Shown here piece by piece: positions 40,431 to 50,598 of a stretch of 64,000 nt of DNA; positions within the stretch are counted from its first letter, which is position 1, and every line of letters begins with the position of its first letter. A program made the position numbers and the translations under genes. The stretch comes from Nitrosopumilaceae archaeon (lineage in GTDB: Archaea > Thermoproteota > Nitrososphaeria > Nitrososphaerales > Nitrosopumilaceae). Below the pieces are notes generated by a model. That model was not told the origin of the DNA. It worked only from the letters and a program-made list of their open reading frames with translations, and made no database searches. The stretch is taken from NCBI GenBank assembly GCA_965200155.1, contig CBDATR010000043.1, positions 65,858 through 129,857 of the forward strand, written 5' to 3'.

Positions 40431-41134
40431 CTATCCCCCCTACTTGCTATATCTCGTCCTTGTTCTACTAATTCGCTGAATATATCATCTGCATCACTTC
40501 CGGTGACTGTTTTATACAATGGTGTGGTGTTTATATCTAGTTCCAGCATACAAATGGTTGTAGCAGACTCTGGTACGTTATCACCTCTCACCCTTACACT
40601 CCATTTGTTTAAGCGATTGATTGTGATATCCGGGTTTACTTTGGACTGCTTCGGGCGATTAATTTGATAGAAAAAGTTTGTTGTATCCTGCGGGTACATC
40701 TTCACATTTGTAAGGTATGGTTGGATCTCCTCGTATCCTGTTTGTATGCTCGCTGTTGGTCTCACAAGAATAGCCCCAAATGCTAGCCTCTTTGCAGGAG
40801 GGCACCTTGAGAACCAATTTTTTACAGTCATTAGAAAAGGTTCCAGTGTGTGATTAGTCATTGGGCTCGACACAGGTACCGGTGATTCGTTTGTTATTGT
40901 TTCAAGAACCCAATCTACCCTGTCAGACTGGCTAATCAAGACTAGTTTGTTATTACCTAGTGGGCCTATCTGCTCTTTTGAGTTGTGTTTGTGGTCGATG
41001 TGTTCTTCCTCCGGATTCTTGTCAATAGTTTCATGCCACCAAGTATTTTTTATAGCATAATTTGTGTTAGTATTATCAATGAACGTAGTGGCCCTGAGCT
41101 GACCAATCAACCACTCACTAGTTGCCACTAACAC
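40427..41134 (-). CDS. Hypothetical protein resembling the TIGR04255-like family
   Basis: DRVDW, RLAFGAIL, QINRP, INRLNKWS, LELDINT pattern; first gene of an overlapping three-gene operon. Confidence 0.55.
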   Translation of the reverse strand: MLVATSEWLIGQLRATTFIDNTNTNYAIKNTWWHETIDKNPEEEHIDHKHNSKEQIGPLGNNKLVLISQSDRVDWVLETITNESPVPVSSPMTNHTLEPFLMTVKNWFSRCPPAKRLAFGAILVRPTASIQTGYEEIQPYLTNVKMYPQDTTNFFYQINRPKQSKVNPDITINRLNKWSVRVRGDNVPESATTICMLELDINTTPLYKTVTGSDADDIFSELVEQGRDIASRGDR

Positions 41135-41261
41135 CGCGTCCCCCTTGTGAATATGTCCTCGTAGTCAAACCTGTCATAATATATGCCGAGCCATTTTTAA
41201 ACACTTTGAGGCTTGTTAAATGACTGACTTTGATCTAACTTCTTCTGTCGTACTTTGGGCA

Positions 41262-42444
41262 TATAGCGGTCGCCATAATTACGTGGCTCCTCGCTCCTGG
41301 ACAGCATGGCTCTTATTCCCGTCCTGGCGCCCCCTGGTTGGGCGGGAATGGTCGCCCCCTGGTTGGGCGGGGAACGGTTCCCTGGTTGGGCGGGTAAACC
41401 GCCCCCCGGACGACACGCCCCGTGCAGGGAAACCGGTTACTAAATGCCGCGTTGATATCGGCATGAAACTCTTGGTTACATCGGGTACAGTAACCGGTTA
41501 CTGTGCCCCTAGTTAACGTGCCCACAAGAATGGCTGGTATTCTTGGCCGGTACCGCCACCAATTCAATCCCCCTACCCAGCTTGTGTAAGAATCCACCAA
41601 CTCGCGCATCATTCTATTCATGTAACGTTTCCGGTTCCCACCATGTACTTGACTGACAAGTTCTCGACGACTACCTTGTCAACTCCTTTTGTAACAGAAT
41701 AGACGATTCTGTTCATGGAGTCATTCACTATATCGTTCCCCTTATTACGGTTCTTACCCTTCTAATACCCTGGAGTGCGCGTATTATGGAACGATGTCTC
41801 ATGTCATGTGTTCCCGTTAGTGACGGCCACGTGTTTCCCGCCTACCTCGAATAACGCCGGTTGGTACATGTGGTTCCTTTCACGCTTATGTGAACCTTGA
41901 ATTCGCGCTCTCCTGGAACGGTTCTCTTACGCTAGCATGTCCCAGGAATAGTCAATCGGCTTTGTCGTCCTCACGACACCAATGCCCGGCAAGTGTAATT
42001 CACGAGGTCCGCGCCGTTTTGGTGGCTTTGGACACGACAGATCTTTGCGGCGGCGCGGTATATTATCCTCGTACACTCTCCTGCACGCGACTGATGCATC
42101 CATCTCAACCACGGGTATTCATGGCGCCACCTTGGATATTTTGGTGGATGAAACTGGCGCGCGAAAACAGGCTCGCCGATATCTGCCACCAGGATATCAT
42201 TCTTAGGCAAGTCGAATGTTTCCACCACTTCCTGTAATGAATTCCTCGCTGAACATTCACCGCCATGTTAAACTGGAAAGCCCGCCCATTATCTCGGCCC
42301 GGCGCGTCAGGGAGTGATCTGGTTCCAGTTGTACAATGATGGTACGAACTATTTTTGACATAGAACCATTCCAGTACTGGAACCATTCCAGGACTGGTCC
42401 CTTTATGGTCATGTACCATTCCAAGACTTATGGTGAGCGCTATA
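41262..42444 (-). mobile_element. tnpB: TIR-flanked degenerate tnpB element, copy C
   Basis: TIRs tatagcggtcgccataa / ttatggtgagcgctata; VVVENLSV, MNRMMRE, CNQEFHADINAA. Confidence 0.85.
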
Positions 42445-42449
42445 GTAAT

Positions 42450-42733
42450 GTATGAGTTCACGTGTTTTGATCACATAATAAGATAGAATGCATCCCAGTT
42501 TTTTAATTATAACTGCATTCTGGCAGCAACCTCGTTCATTACAGAAAGGCCCTGAGCCCTCCATGTCTGAACACATGATACGAATGTGGACATGCGGCGC
42601 ATTGCCCTTTCGCCACCCTTTATCTGACCACTAATCTTGCGGAATACCACTGCGTATCGCAAAGCCTGCTCCACTGGATTGTTGGTGGGCTCTACACAGT
42701 CATATTCTAAGAATACGAACATGCATGGTATGG
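42450..42733 (-). mobile_element. IS66 3' fragment truncated by the adjacent IS66 copy
   Basis: Matches 4109-4393. Confidence 0.9.
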
Positions 42734-44501
42734 GTATGAGTTCACGTGTTTTGATCATTCACTAAGATATAGATTGGTATGGCAATATTTTACTTAAATA
42801 CCAAATTTGCAATAAGAATCTAATGAGAAGACGCCGGTCCTATAAGGAATTGGAACTGGAAAATAAACTTCTTCAGGATACCCTTGCGTCTACCGAGAAA
42901 GATCTTGCACATTACAAGGAACGTGTGAGAGTATTGGAAGCATATGTGTCCCGCACCACAAAAGAAATACGAAATCTCACACAAGATTTCCAAATTATTA
43001 GGAATTATGTAAATGAATTGAATGAGAAATTAAAAGAAAAACAGGGGAAAATTGCGGTACTCACAACGCGACTTAAATATTATGAGAATGCTCACTCGCC
43101 ACCATCCCTTCAATCCCTCCAGTACAAGAAGCGAAAACAGGAGGAACAGAAGCAGGGAGATAATAAGAAACAGAAAGAAGCCAGTACGAAATCAGCCAAA
43201 AAGGCTGGCGCTCAAAAGGGACACAAGGGGGTTTCCCGTTCCCACAACCCCGGCAGAGTAGTGCATCACACCTTTGAGTACACACCAATATGTGAGTGCG
43301 GCAATATAATGACAAAAATTGGTTGGAAACAACGACACATAACGGAATTAATACCAGCCAAAATAGAGGAGACCCTTCATGTGATAGAAATGGCTGCATG
43401 CAAGTGCGGCAAAAAACAACTGGCCCCAGCAGCTGGCGTCCCAAAGAGTGGTGATTTTGGAGTTCAATTATGCGGTGCCATCACTGCATTGCGTGCGGAA
43501 AAGATTCCAATAAAACGCATACCTGTAATTTCGAAGGATCTCTTCGGCCTGAATATATCTGTGGGTGCGGTAAACAACATAATTGCCGTATGAGTTCACC
43601 TGTGTCTAAATTTACGCATAACTGATCGCGACAGTTAATGTGATTTGTGCATAAGATTCCGGCAGACGTGAACTCATACTAATTGCCAGGGCCGCCGATG
43701 CATGCGAATCATTTATGGAAACAATTCATGAGAATATAATAAAATCACCCAGCATTCATGTGGATGAAACTGGTATATCACTGGCGGGTAGGCGTGGCTG
43801 GGTATGGGGGATGCGAGCCGAAGAGTGGATGATGTCCATATATGACAAAAGTAGGAGTTCAAATGTAGTGAACAAATACCTGAACGGTTACCAGGGAGCG
43901 ATAGTAACGGACAGGTACGTTGTGTATCGCCGGTTTGATGACGGTGGGAAGCACCAGTTGTGTTGGGCGCATTTATTGCGCGATACCCAGGCATTACATG
44001 CAGGATTCTATATCGATCCCGGTGCTCAGGACGCCCGGATCAAACTTGACAACGACCTGAAAGGATTGTTCCGGAGCGCACGGGAATCCCTGAATCACTG
44101 CGGGCCGTCCGCGCAATTACGACACTCATTTGAGGCAGGAGCAGAATCCATTCTGCATCAATACTGTGATGTTGATGATACTGAACTACAAAAGAAGGTA
44201 AAAGGATTGAATAAGGCCATACCATGCATGTTCGTATTCTTAGAATATGACTGTGTAGAGCCCACCAACAATCCAGCGGAGCAGGCTTTGCGATACGCAG
44301 TGGTATTCCGCAAGATTAGTGGCCAGATAAAGGGTGGCGAAAGGGCAATGCGCCGTATGTCCACATTCGTATCATGTGTTCAGACATGGAGGGCTCAAGG
44401 CCTTTCTGTAATGAACGAGGTTGCTGCCAGAATGCAGTTATAATTAAAAAAACTGGGATGCATTCTATCTTATTATGTGATCAAAACACGTGAACTCATA
44501 C
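42734..44501 (+). mobile_element. IS66 copy with transposase (42823..44443) disrupted by its own MITE
   Basis: 24-bp TIRs; ORFs 42823..43593 and 43715..44443 rejoin when the MITE is removed. Confidence 0.95.
43588..43679. mobile_element. 92-bp MITE
   Basis: TSD taattgcc. Confidence 0.95.
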
Positions 44502-44596
44502 CATTACTTTGCTGCGCAAACTAACTGCCCCGAAGGGGCGCACGGAAAAAGCCTATGCTAAAACTAGTCGCCCCAAGACTTATGGTGACTGCTATA
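44502..44596 (-). mobile_element. Isolated end of the IS630 element
   Basis: Nearly identical to 48488-48582. Confidence 0.85.
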
Positions 44597-44849
44597 TACA
44601 TAGGCACTGCAATGGAGAGTTGTAGATATATTCTCCAAACACCATAACGCGTCCCCTAAGTCTAGGTATGAGTTCACGTCTTCCGGAATCTTATGCACAA
44701 ATCACATTAACTGTAGCGATCAGTTATGCGTAAATTTAGACACAGGTGAACTCATACTGTAGTTTTGATGGTAGCTGTTAATAATAAATTATAATGTTAA
44801 ATTTACACCAAAACCTCGATTTGTGATTAAATACCATATGTACAAATTT

Positions 44850-44950
44850 GTATGAGTTCACGTCTTCCGGAATCTTATGCACAAATCACATTAACTAGAA
44901 CAACCTGTTCCATCAGTTGTGCGTAAATTTAGACACAGATGAACTCATAC
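44850..44950. mobile_element. MITE variant (101 bp)
   Basis: TSD acaaattt; gtcgcg replaced by agaacaacctgttcc. Confidence 0.92.
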
Positions 44951-45229
44951 ACAAATTTTACCTTACCGCATAGTATTTTTAATGAGTGAAAATTACATTT
45001 AGTAAATCAAATTACAGATGCGCATATACCACATTTACCTACTACTACCATCAATAATTAACATAATTTAAGCATGAAGATTAATAATATTGGAACAAGT
45101 CCAGACTTTTTGGTAGTTTGTAATTATGATGAGATTATCATACATTTGATTGGTTATATTTGTAATTGCTTTACTAATGTTACAATTTAGGGACAGGTTT
45201 AATATTACAATGCCTGCCAATGTGTTATT

Positions 45230-45787
45230 ATGCTACCACGTCTAGATTCCATACGTCAGATAAGAGTTAAGCTGAGCATAACTCAAAAAGAGTTGGCGCA
45301 AGCATGTAATATTAGTACATCGATGATAAATCAGATAGAATCTGGCCGTACCAAACCTAGCTACGACACAGCGAAAAGAATCTTTGATACACTAGTCACG
45401 CTGGAAGGGAAGACGCGTACACACAAGGCTGGAAGCCTTTGCAGTAAGGAGATAGTAAAGCTGGACGTGCAAGATACACTGCACGATGCTGTGCGCAGTA
45501 TGCGACAGCACTCCATAAGTCAAATCCCTGTCTTTATGGACGGGCATCCGGTAGGGGTTGTTACTGAGGATGGATTGGTACGCCACTTAGTGGACGATGG
45601 CGAAGATGTACTAAAGGAGACGCGCCTAAAAGATGCCATGGATCCAGTACCGCCGCTGATAGATCACACAACCCCTACTGAGGCACTAGTTACTTTAATT
45701 CGTTATTCTAAATGTATATTGGTTACAAAAGAATCAGAAATAATTGGAATTATAACCGCATCAGATACTTTAAAAATTATGGAATAA
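45230..45787 (+). CDS. Archaeal HTH-CBS transcriptional regulator (COG3620-like)
   Basis: XRE HTH (ITQKELAQACNISTSMINQIESGRTKPSYDT) plus a CBS pair (ISQIPV, IIGIITASD). Confidence 0.9.
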   Translation: MLPRLDSIRQIRVKLSITQKELAQACNISTSMINQIESGRTKPSYDTAKRIFDTLVTLEGKTRTHKAGSLCSKEIVKLDVQDTLHDAVRSMRQHSISQIPVFMDGHPVGVVTEDGLVRHLVDDGEDVLKETRLKDAMDPVPPLIDHTTPTEALVTLIRYSKCILVTKESEIIGIITASDTLKIME

Positions 45788-46094
45788 ATATTTGGTATGA
45801 GTTCACGTCTTCCGGAATATTATGCACAAATCACATTACTGTCGCGATCAGTTATGCGTAAATTTAGACACAGGTGAACTCATACAAGTCTAGGACATCC
45901 AACCATATGGAACTTGTTACCCAGTAACTTGTGGTGACTCATCACTCCCTGTGGGCGGGGCATTCCGGTGTAGCCATTCTATAACCAAGATCAACCATTC
46001 CTGAATGGGTGCCACCTCACCATTTTGATGAGTTACCAAAATCAAGCGGGATGACAGCTTGTGTTCCGGTGTTAAGCCATCAAAATATTCACCA

Positions 46095-46454
46095 TTAACG
46101 CGATATTACTCTTTGTGTGGCATGAATGCCATTTAACGCATATGGGACACCCAGACGCGAACATAGAACCACACCTGTGAATAGAGCTGGCGTTATCTGA
46201 ATCACATCAGTAATAGCGGCCACCGGTAACACAACTGCCAACAAAAGGGCGGGAACGCTAACGACAGCCATATCAAGTATTTTTCGCCGGTCAGCCCCAT
46301 CATTCCTCCACACATGAAGTCCGCATATGGCCATGCCCCATACTGAAATGAGTAACATCATGTCCGTTTGATACCCGGCCACAACATGATAGAGAATAGC
46401 ACCAGCTGAGCCCAATAGTAACACGTAATCCAGTATGTGCCTCATGTTATTCAC
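46095..46454 (-). CDS. Hypothetical 4-TM membrane protein
   Basis: Hydrophobic segments. Confidence 0.55.
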   Translation of the reverse strand: MNNMRHILDYVLLLGSAGAILYHVVAGYQTDMMLLISVWGMAICGLHVWRNDGADRRKILDMAVVSVPALLLAVVLPVAAITDVIQITPALFTGVVLCSRLGVPYALNGIHATQRVISR

Positions 46455-46534
46455 CCAGGACCCTTATGAATATCTCAATTAGCGTATATGCAACAGCCAA
46501 GCTACCACCATACTTCAGAAATTCGACAAGAATA

Positions 46535-46774
46535 TCATCCAGATACTTTTTTATTTCCCTGGCTCTTTCCCTGTCCATCCAACATCTGTCCTAACTCGCG
46601 ACTGAGAGGTTCCAACTCGCTTTGTACCCGTTCCTTCAGTCTAGAAAAGTCATCAACAGACATATTTCCCTCGCTAGTGGACGAGACGCCTGCCTTCTCC
46701 ATTTCAGATTTGACATTGGTCAGGTTACGAATGATGTCACTTCTGACTTCGTCAAGCTCACGCATACCTTCCAT
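46535..46774 (-). CDS. Small helical hypothetical protein
   Basis: 79-aa charged ORF. Confidence 0.5.
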   Translation of the reverse strand: MEGMRELDEVRSDIIRNLTNVKSEMEKAGVSSTSEGNMSVDDFSRLKERVQSELEPLSRELGQMLDGQGKSQGNKKVSG

Positions 46775-46859
46775 ATGTTTTCTATAACATAAAAAGTGTT
46801 AGTTCTGTCGAGTTTGTTGTATAACTCCAAACAAGTTAGATTGAAAGTGTATGTGAATG

Positions 46860-47546
46860 AGTATTTTGTCATGGATCTAAGCATTAATATCCGGAAATAT
46901 TCCAACAAATTAGATTGTGTTCATAGACAACAGGAAGTACGTCCAGCGGGAATGGCTTCGATTATGGGTGGTGATGAAAGGGCCAACCAAGAGGGTGCCC
47001 GCTACCTGAGAACCGGTTCTTGTGGGCATGTTACATAGCATTGTGAACAGCATGATACAGGCAGCTATCTTATTGGACAGATACCAAACCCCGCACTATA
47101 CAGACGGGGAAAAGATTGACATAGACAAGTTAACTAGAACCATGACTCGACCGGCCTTGAAAAGTGCAATCGCGGTTATGGCCAAATGGAGAATGGGGCG
47201 CGGATTCATCAGTGCTCGTAGACGGGGAGAGCACACGCGTTCACAGTTACCGGCGAGTAGGTTGGTGACACGCGCATGTTAAAACAATGCAGTACTGGGC
47301 CTATATGCAGAAGAAACGCAACCAGAGATAAAACACGATTTGAAGAGTTCCGGACCCATGGCCATAGTTGCCAGCAATTCAGGACTGAAAGACAAGCCGC
47401 CACCTTGGCAAAAGGCGTACCGCCATTTCTGGCTGATGGTGACGCGCAACGCACACACAATCTGGAATTGCTTGCGGACAGCGCATACGCGTCCAGGGAC
47501 AACATGTCGCGATAATGGAATCCGGACATCCAGTCCAGCTAAATTC
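46860..47546 (+). pseudogene. Degenerate DDE transposase remnant (IS5/IS4-like), truncated by IS630
   Basis: LLADSAYASRDN motif; multiple frameshifts. Confidence 0.45.
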
Positions 47547-48582
47547 TATAGTAGTCACCATAAGTCTTGGCGGTGACTTTCCATAGAATGTCACGACAAA
47601 GATGGTGGACAGGCTAAATCATGATGAGTTTAGCGGCGGGTCATGACTACAAACGCACAAAATACACCACTTAGTGGCGTGAAATGGTATGTGGGTAGCC
47701 GGGTTGTGTTATGATATGTTTCACACCGCTTGAACCGCCTCGTTTCCCATCCATGATTGGTACCTCCGGCGGCTTTCTGTTCCAGAATTTGTGTTGTGAT
47801 ATACTTGTGGTCGTCAATATTTTATTGGGTATACTCCTGAATTCCTCGACTGGATTCAGGTACGGATGTTTGGTATATGGCCTTTTTTTGAGGTGTACTA
47901 AGTATAGAATAATCTTGCCCACCTTTCATGAATATCCATGATTTTGTAATCAAGACCCTTACATGGAGAACCGGTATTATCCACCTGTCCATGCCATAAG
48001 TACGCGCCTGCCTCCTGTGTCGCGCGGATAGATGGGATTCATCATCGGCGTAGCCCAGCTTTTTGTAATGGGCAACTGTTTGGAACATCTTTTGTATGAG
48101 TTCACGTCTTCCGGAATCTTGTGCATAAATCACATTAACTGTCACGATCAGTTATGCGTAAATTTAGACACAGGTGAACTCATACCATCTTTTGCCTCCA
48201 TTCCTGGAACGGTTCCATCGAGTCCCGGTTTGTGGGAGCAACCTGATTGTGCTCAGTCTTGTGCCGGATAGGTAATCCTGCATACGTGAGTTTGCGCTCA
48301 CATTTTGCCCTTCTCCAGCAAACTACTCTGGGCCTGTTAGTCTCCCTGCTGTATCTAACAGTGTGTATATCACACTGTTGCAGCTTGCACAAATACCCAG
48401 TGGGCGCGCAATTTGCACGGAATACTCGCTTGCCTGAATTTGGCGCTATTCATTATACAAAATCGAAATTTTTAACTTTTCATATGCCATTACTTTGCTG
48501 CGCAAACTAACTGCCCCGAAGGGGCGCACGGAAAAAGCCTATGCTAAAACTAGTCGCCCCAAGACTTATGGTGACCGCTATA
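47547..48582 (-). mobile_element. Degenerate IS630-family element
   Basis: 24-bp TIR tatag(t/c)(a/g)gtcaccataagtcttgg with terminal TA; fragments with DESH and PYLNPVEE (the IS630 P-x-LNPIE motif). Confidence 0.75.
48094..48185. mobile_element. 92-bp MITE
   Basis: TSD catctttt. Confidence 0.95.
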
Positions 48583-48918
48583 GCCGGAACTTGCTGTTGT
48601 TTATGAGGTTTTAAAACCATTCCAGTACGGCACTGTACCAATCCTTTAACCATAGAGCCAACACATTATAGCAATGAATGATGATATACAAATTAACGAA
48701 ATAGCCAGGGATGTCAAGAGAATCCTGGACAATAACGGCAGTGACGAAGATATCAGAAATAGGATACAATTCGTGGAGTGATGATTCCATGACAGATAAA
48801 CAAAACATCGTGATTCAATTAGTGAGTGTTACCACAGCGCTACATCGTGATGCTATCGACAATTTCATAAATACGTGCAACTAATACATATCACTACCTT
48901 TTTATTTTTGTATATGTA

Positions 48919-49254
48919 ATGTATAATATAATAGATTACCGCATCATTATCCTGATTGTAGGTTGTGCAGGTGCCATGACGTATGGTGCCTTTCTCTCAC
49001 TTGACGTTTACTATATAGTTAGCACGGCTATAGCCGCAACCGCTTCCTCAATAACACTGATCTGGTATGATAAGGGTCGACCCATCATTCCATTCCTCTC
49101 CCTGACTACCACTGTAATAATCATTGCTCAAACTATTGCAATGGACGTTCCATTATTGCTGTTCGTTCCCACTATTCTACTGATGGTCGCCGCCACAGTA
49201 AAGGTCGTACACGATTACAGACAGGGACACAGCCCCATAAAGGCGAGTCAATAA
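48919..49254 (+). CDS. 4-TM membrane protein
   Basis: Hydrophobic; paralog at 26862. Confidence 0.7.
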   Translation: MYNIIDYRIIILIVGCAGAMTYGAFLSLDVYYIVSTAIAATASSITLIWYDKGRPIIPFLSLTTTVIIIAQTIAMDVPLLLFVPTILLMVAATVKVVHDYRQGHSPIKASQ

Positions 49255-49368
49255 TTCACTCAGGCTGCCGCTAACCCCAATCATTCCAGGAGTGGTACTC
49301 TCATACTTTTGTGGAGTGATACCACTCCCATGATAACCCAAAAACCCTTCATTGAATCATCATTATAT

Positions 49369-50128
49369 CGTGGTAGTAGAAGTTACCGGCTCCGTTATAA
49401 TATTCACCGTTGCCGCGGCTGCAGCCCTTGGCGCCTCCATCATTCTAATTGATGCGGCCAACACGTATGATACCTATGCGCCCACTAACGTGGCTATTAT
49501 AATTAATGATAGATTCAATAACTACAACTATGAGTGGGGCGAGATCATTTTGGTCTATCCTGGTGGCCCGCTGGAGATTGGTGGGGATGTGGAATTATGC
49601 TTCAAGGGAACTGGTGCCTCCTGTGATAAAAGTACGGATAGAATAGTCGAGGTGGATGTTCATGTAACAAAAGACCCCAGCTTGACTGGCAGCTCCACAT
49701 GCACTAGAGTGACATGGGACGACCGTATAGATGCGACAGTAGGTACAAGTGGAAATAAGGTATGCAGCTTCCGGTTAGATGACATACTTACAGACATGAG
49801 TTTTGATAATGTCATTCTAACAGGTGAGAATGCTACTGGTATAAACAGTCGTGTGGCTCCCACTCCACAGAATCCCAGGGTAGTCCAGATTAGGGCGGAT
49901 GATGACGGCATATTCAAAATCGTTGCCCAGTATTGTGACTCCTGTGCGAGGGAATGTAAGGCCGATGAAGAGTTCAGTTGCTGGACTCAGGAGGCCGTGG
50001 GGAATGGCATCAGAATAAGGTATGAGGGCATGATTGGCGTTAATGGTAACGTGGAATATGGTGATACGCTCTCTTATGTGATAAAATCAACACGGCATAC
50101 CAGTTCCGGGGTGGTGGGAGTAAGATGA
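49369..50128 (+). CDS. Pilin-like / membrane-anchored secreted protein
   Basis: N-terminal VEVTGSVIIFTVAAAAALG helix and Cys-containing beta domain; coupled to the next pilin. Start uncertain. Confidence 0.6.
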
Positions 50129-50598
50129 GGCGAACAGCAATAGGTGAGATAGTATCTGCGGCCATCATTCTTGGTACAACCGCGGTTGTCGCTACTATAA
50201 TGCTAAATATACTAAGTGAGCAGGCGCAAACCACCACCGATGACATGCGCTCACGGCTTGATATCATGCGTGCACAGGCAGTGGAACAGCTGGATATCAT
50301 AAGTCGGGCCGACACAAGTGGTGAGGCGACATTCATTGTCATTAATTATGGTGACTTCCCGACCAGTATACCATTCCTGATATATGATAAGCATGGTATT
50401 AACATACAGGGCGACGTCAAGTCATACATATTACAGAATGGTACTGACATATGTACGGGCTCATACGTCTGCCCCACGCCCTACACCGAGTCGCTGGATA
50501 TCGGCGAATACGTGCAAGTGACAGTACGGAGCGCCGCGAATAAACACCTTATACTAGTCACAGACACGGGGAGACCTCTTGAGACTTCTAGTCCCTAG
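50125..50598 (+). CDS. Archaeal type IV pilin-like protein
   Basis: Class III signal MRRTA/IGEIVSAAIILG, xINYG and C-terminal LVTDTGR motifs. Confidence 0.8.
   Translation: MRRTAIGEIVSAAIILGTTAVVATIMLNILSEQAQTTTDDMRSRLDIMRAQAVEQLDIISRADTSGEATFIVINYGDFPTSIPFLIYDKHGINIQGDVKSYILQNGTDICTGSYVCPTPYTESLDIGEYVQVTVRSAANKHLILVTDTGRPLETSSP

Larger units (their letters stand above)
44666..45885. mobile_element. Composite transposon bounded by two MITEs (44666-44757, 45795-45885)
   Basis: Neither MITE has its own TSD, but aagtctag flanks the whole unit. Confidence 0.9.
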
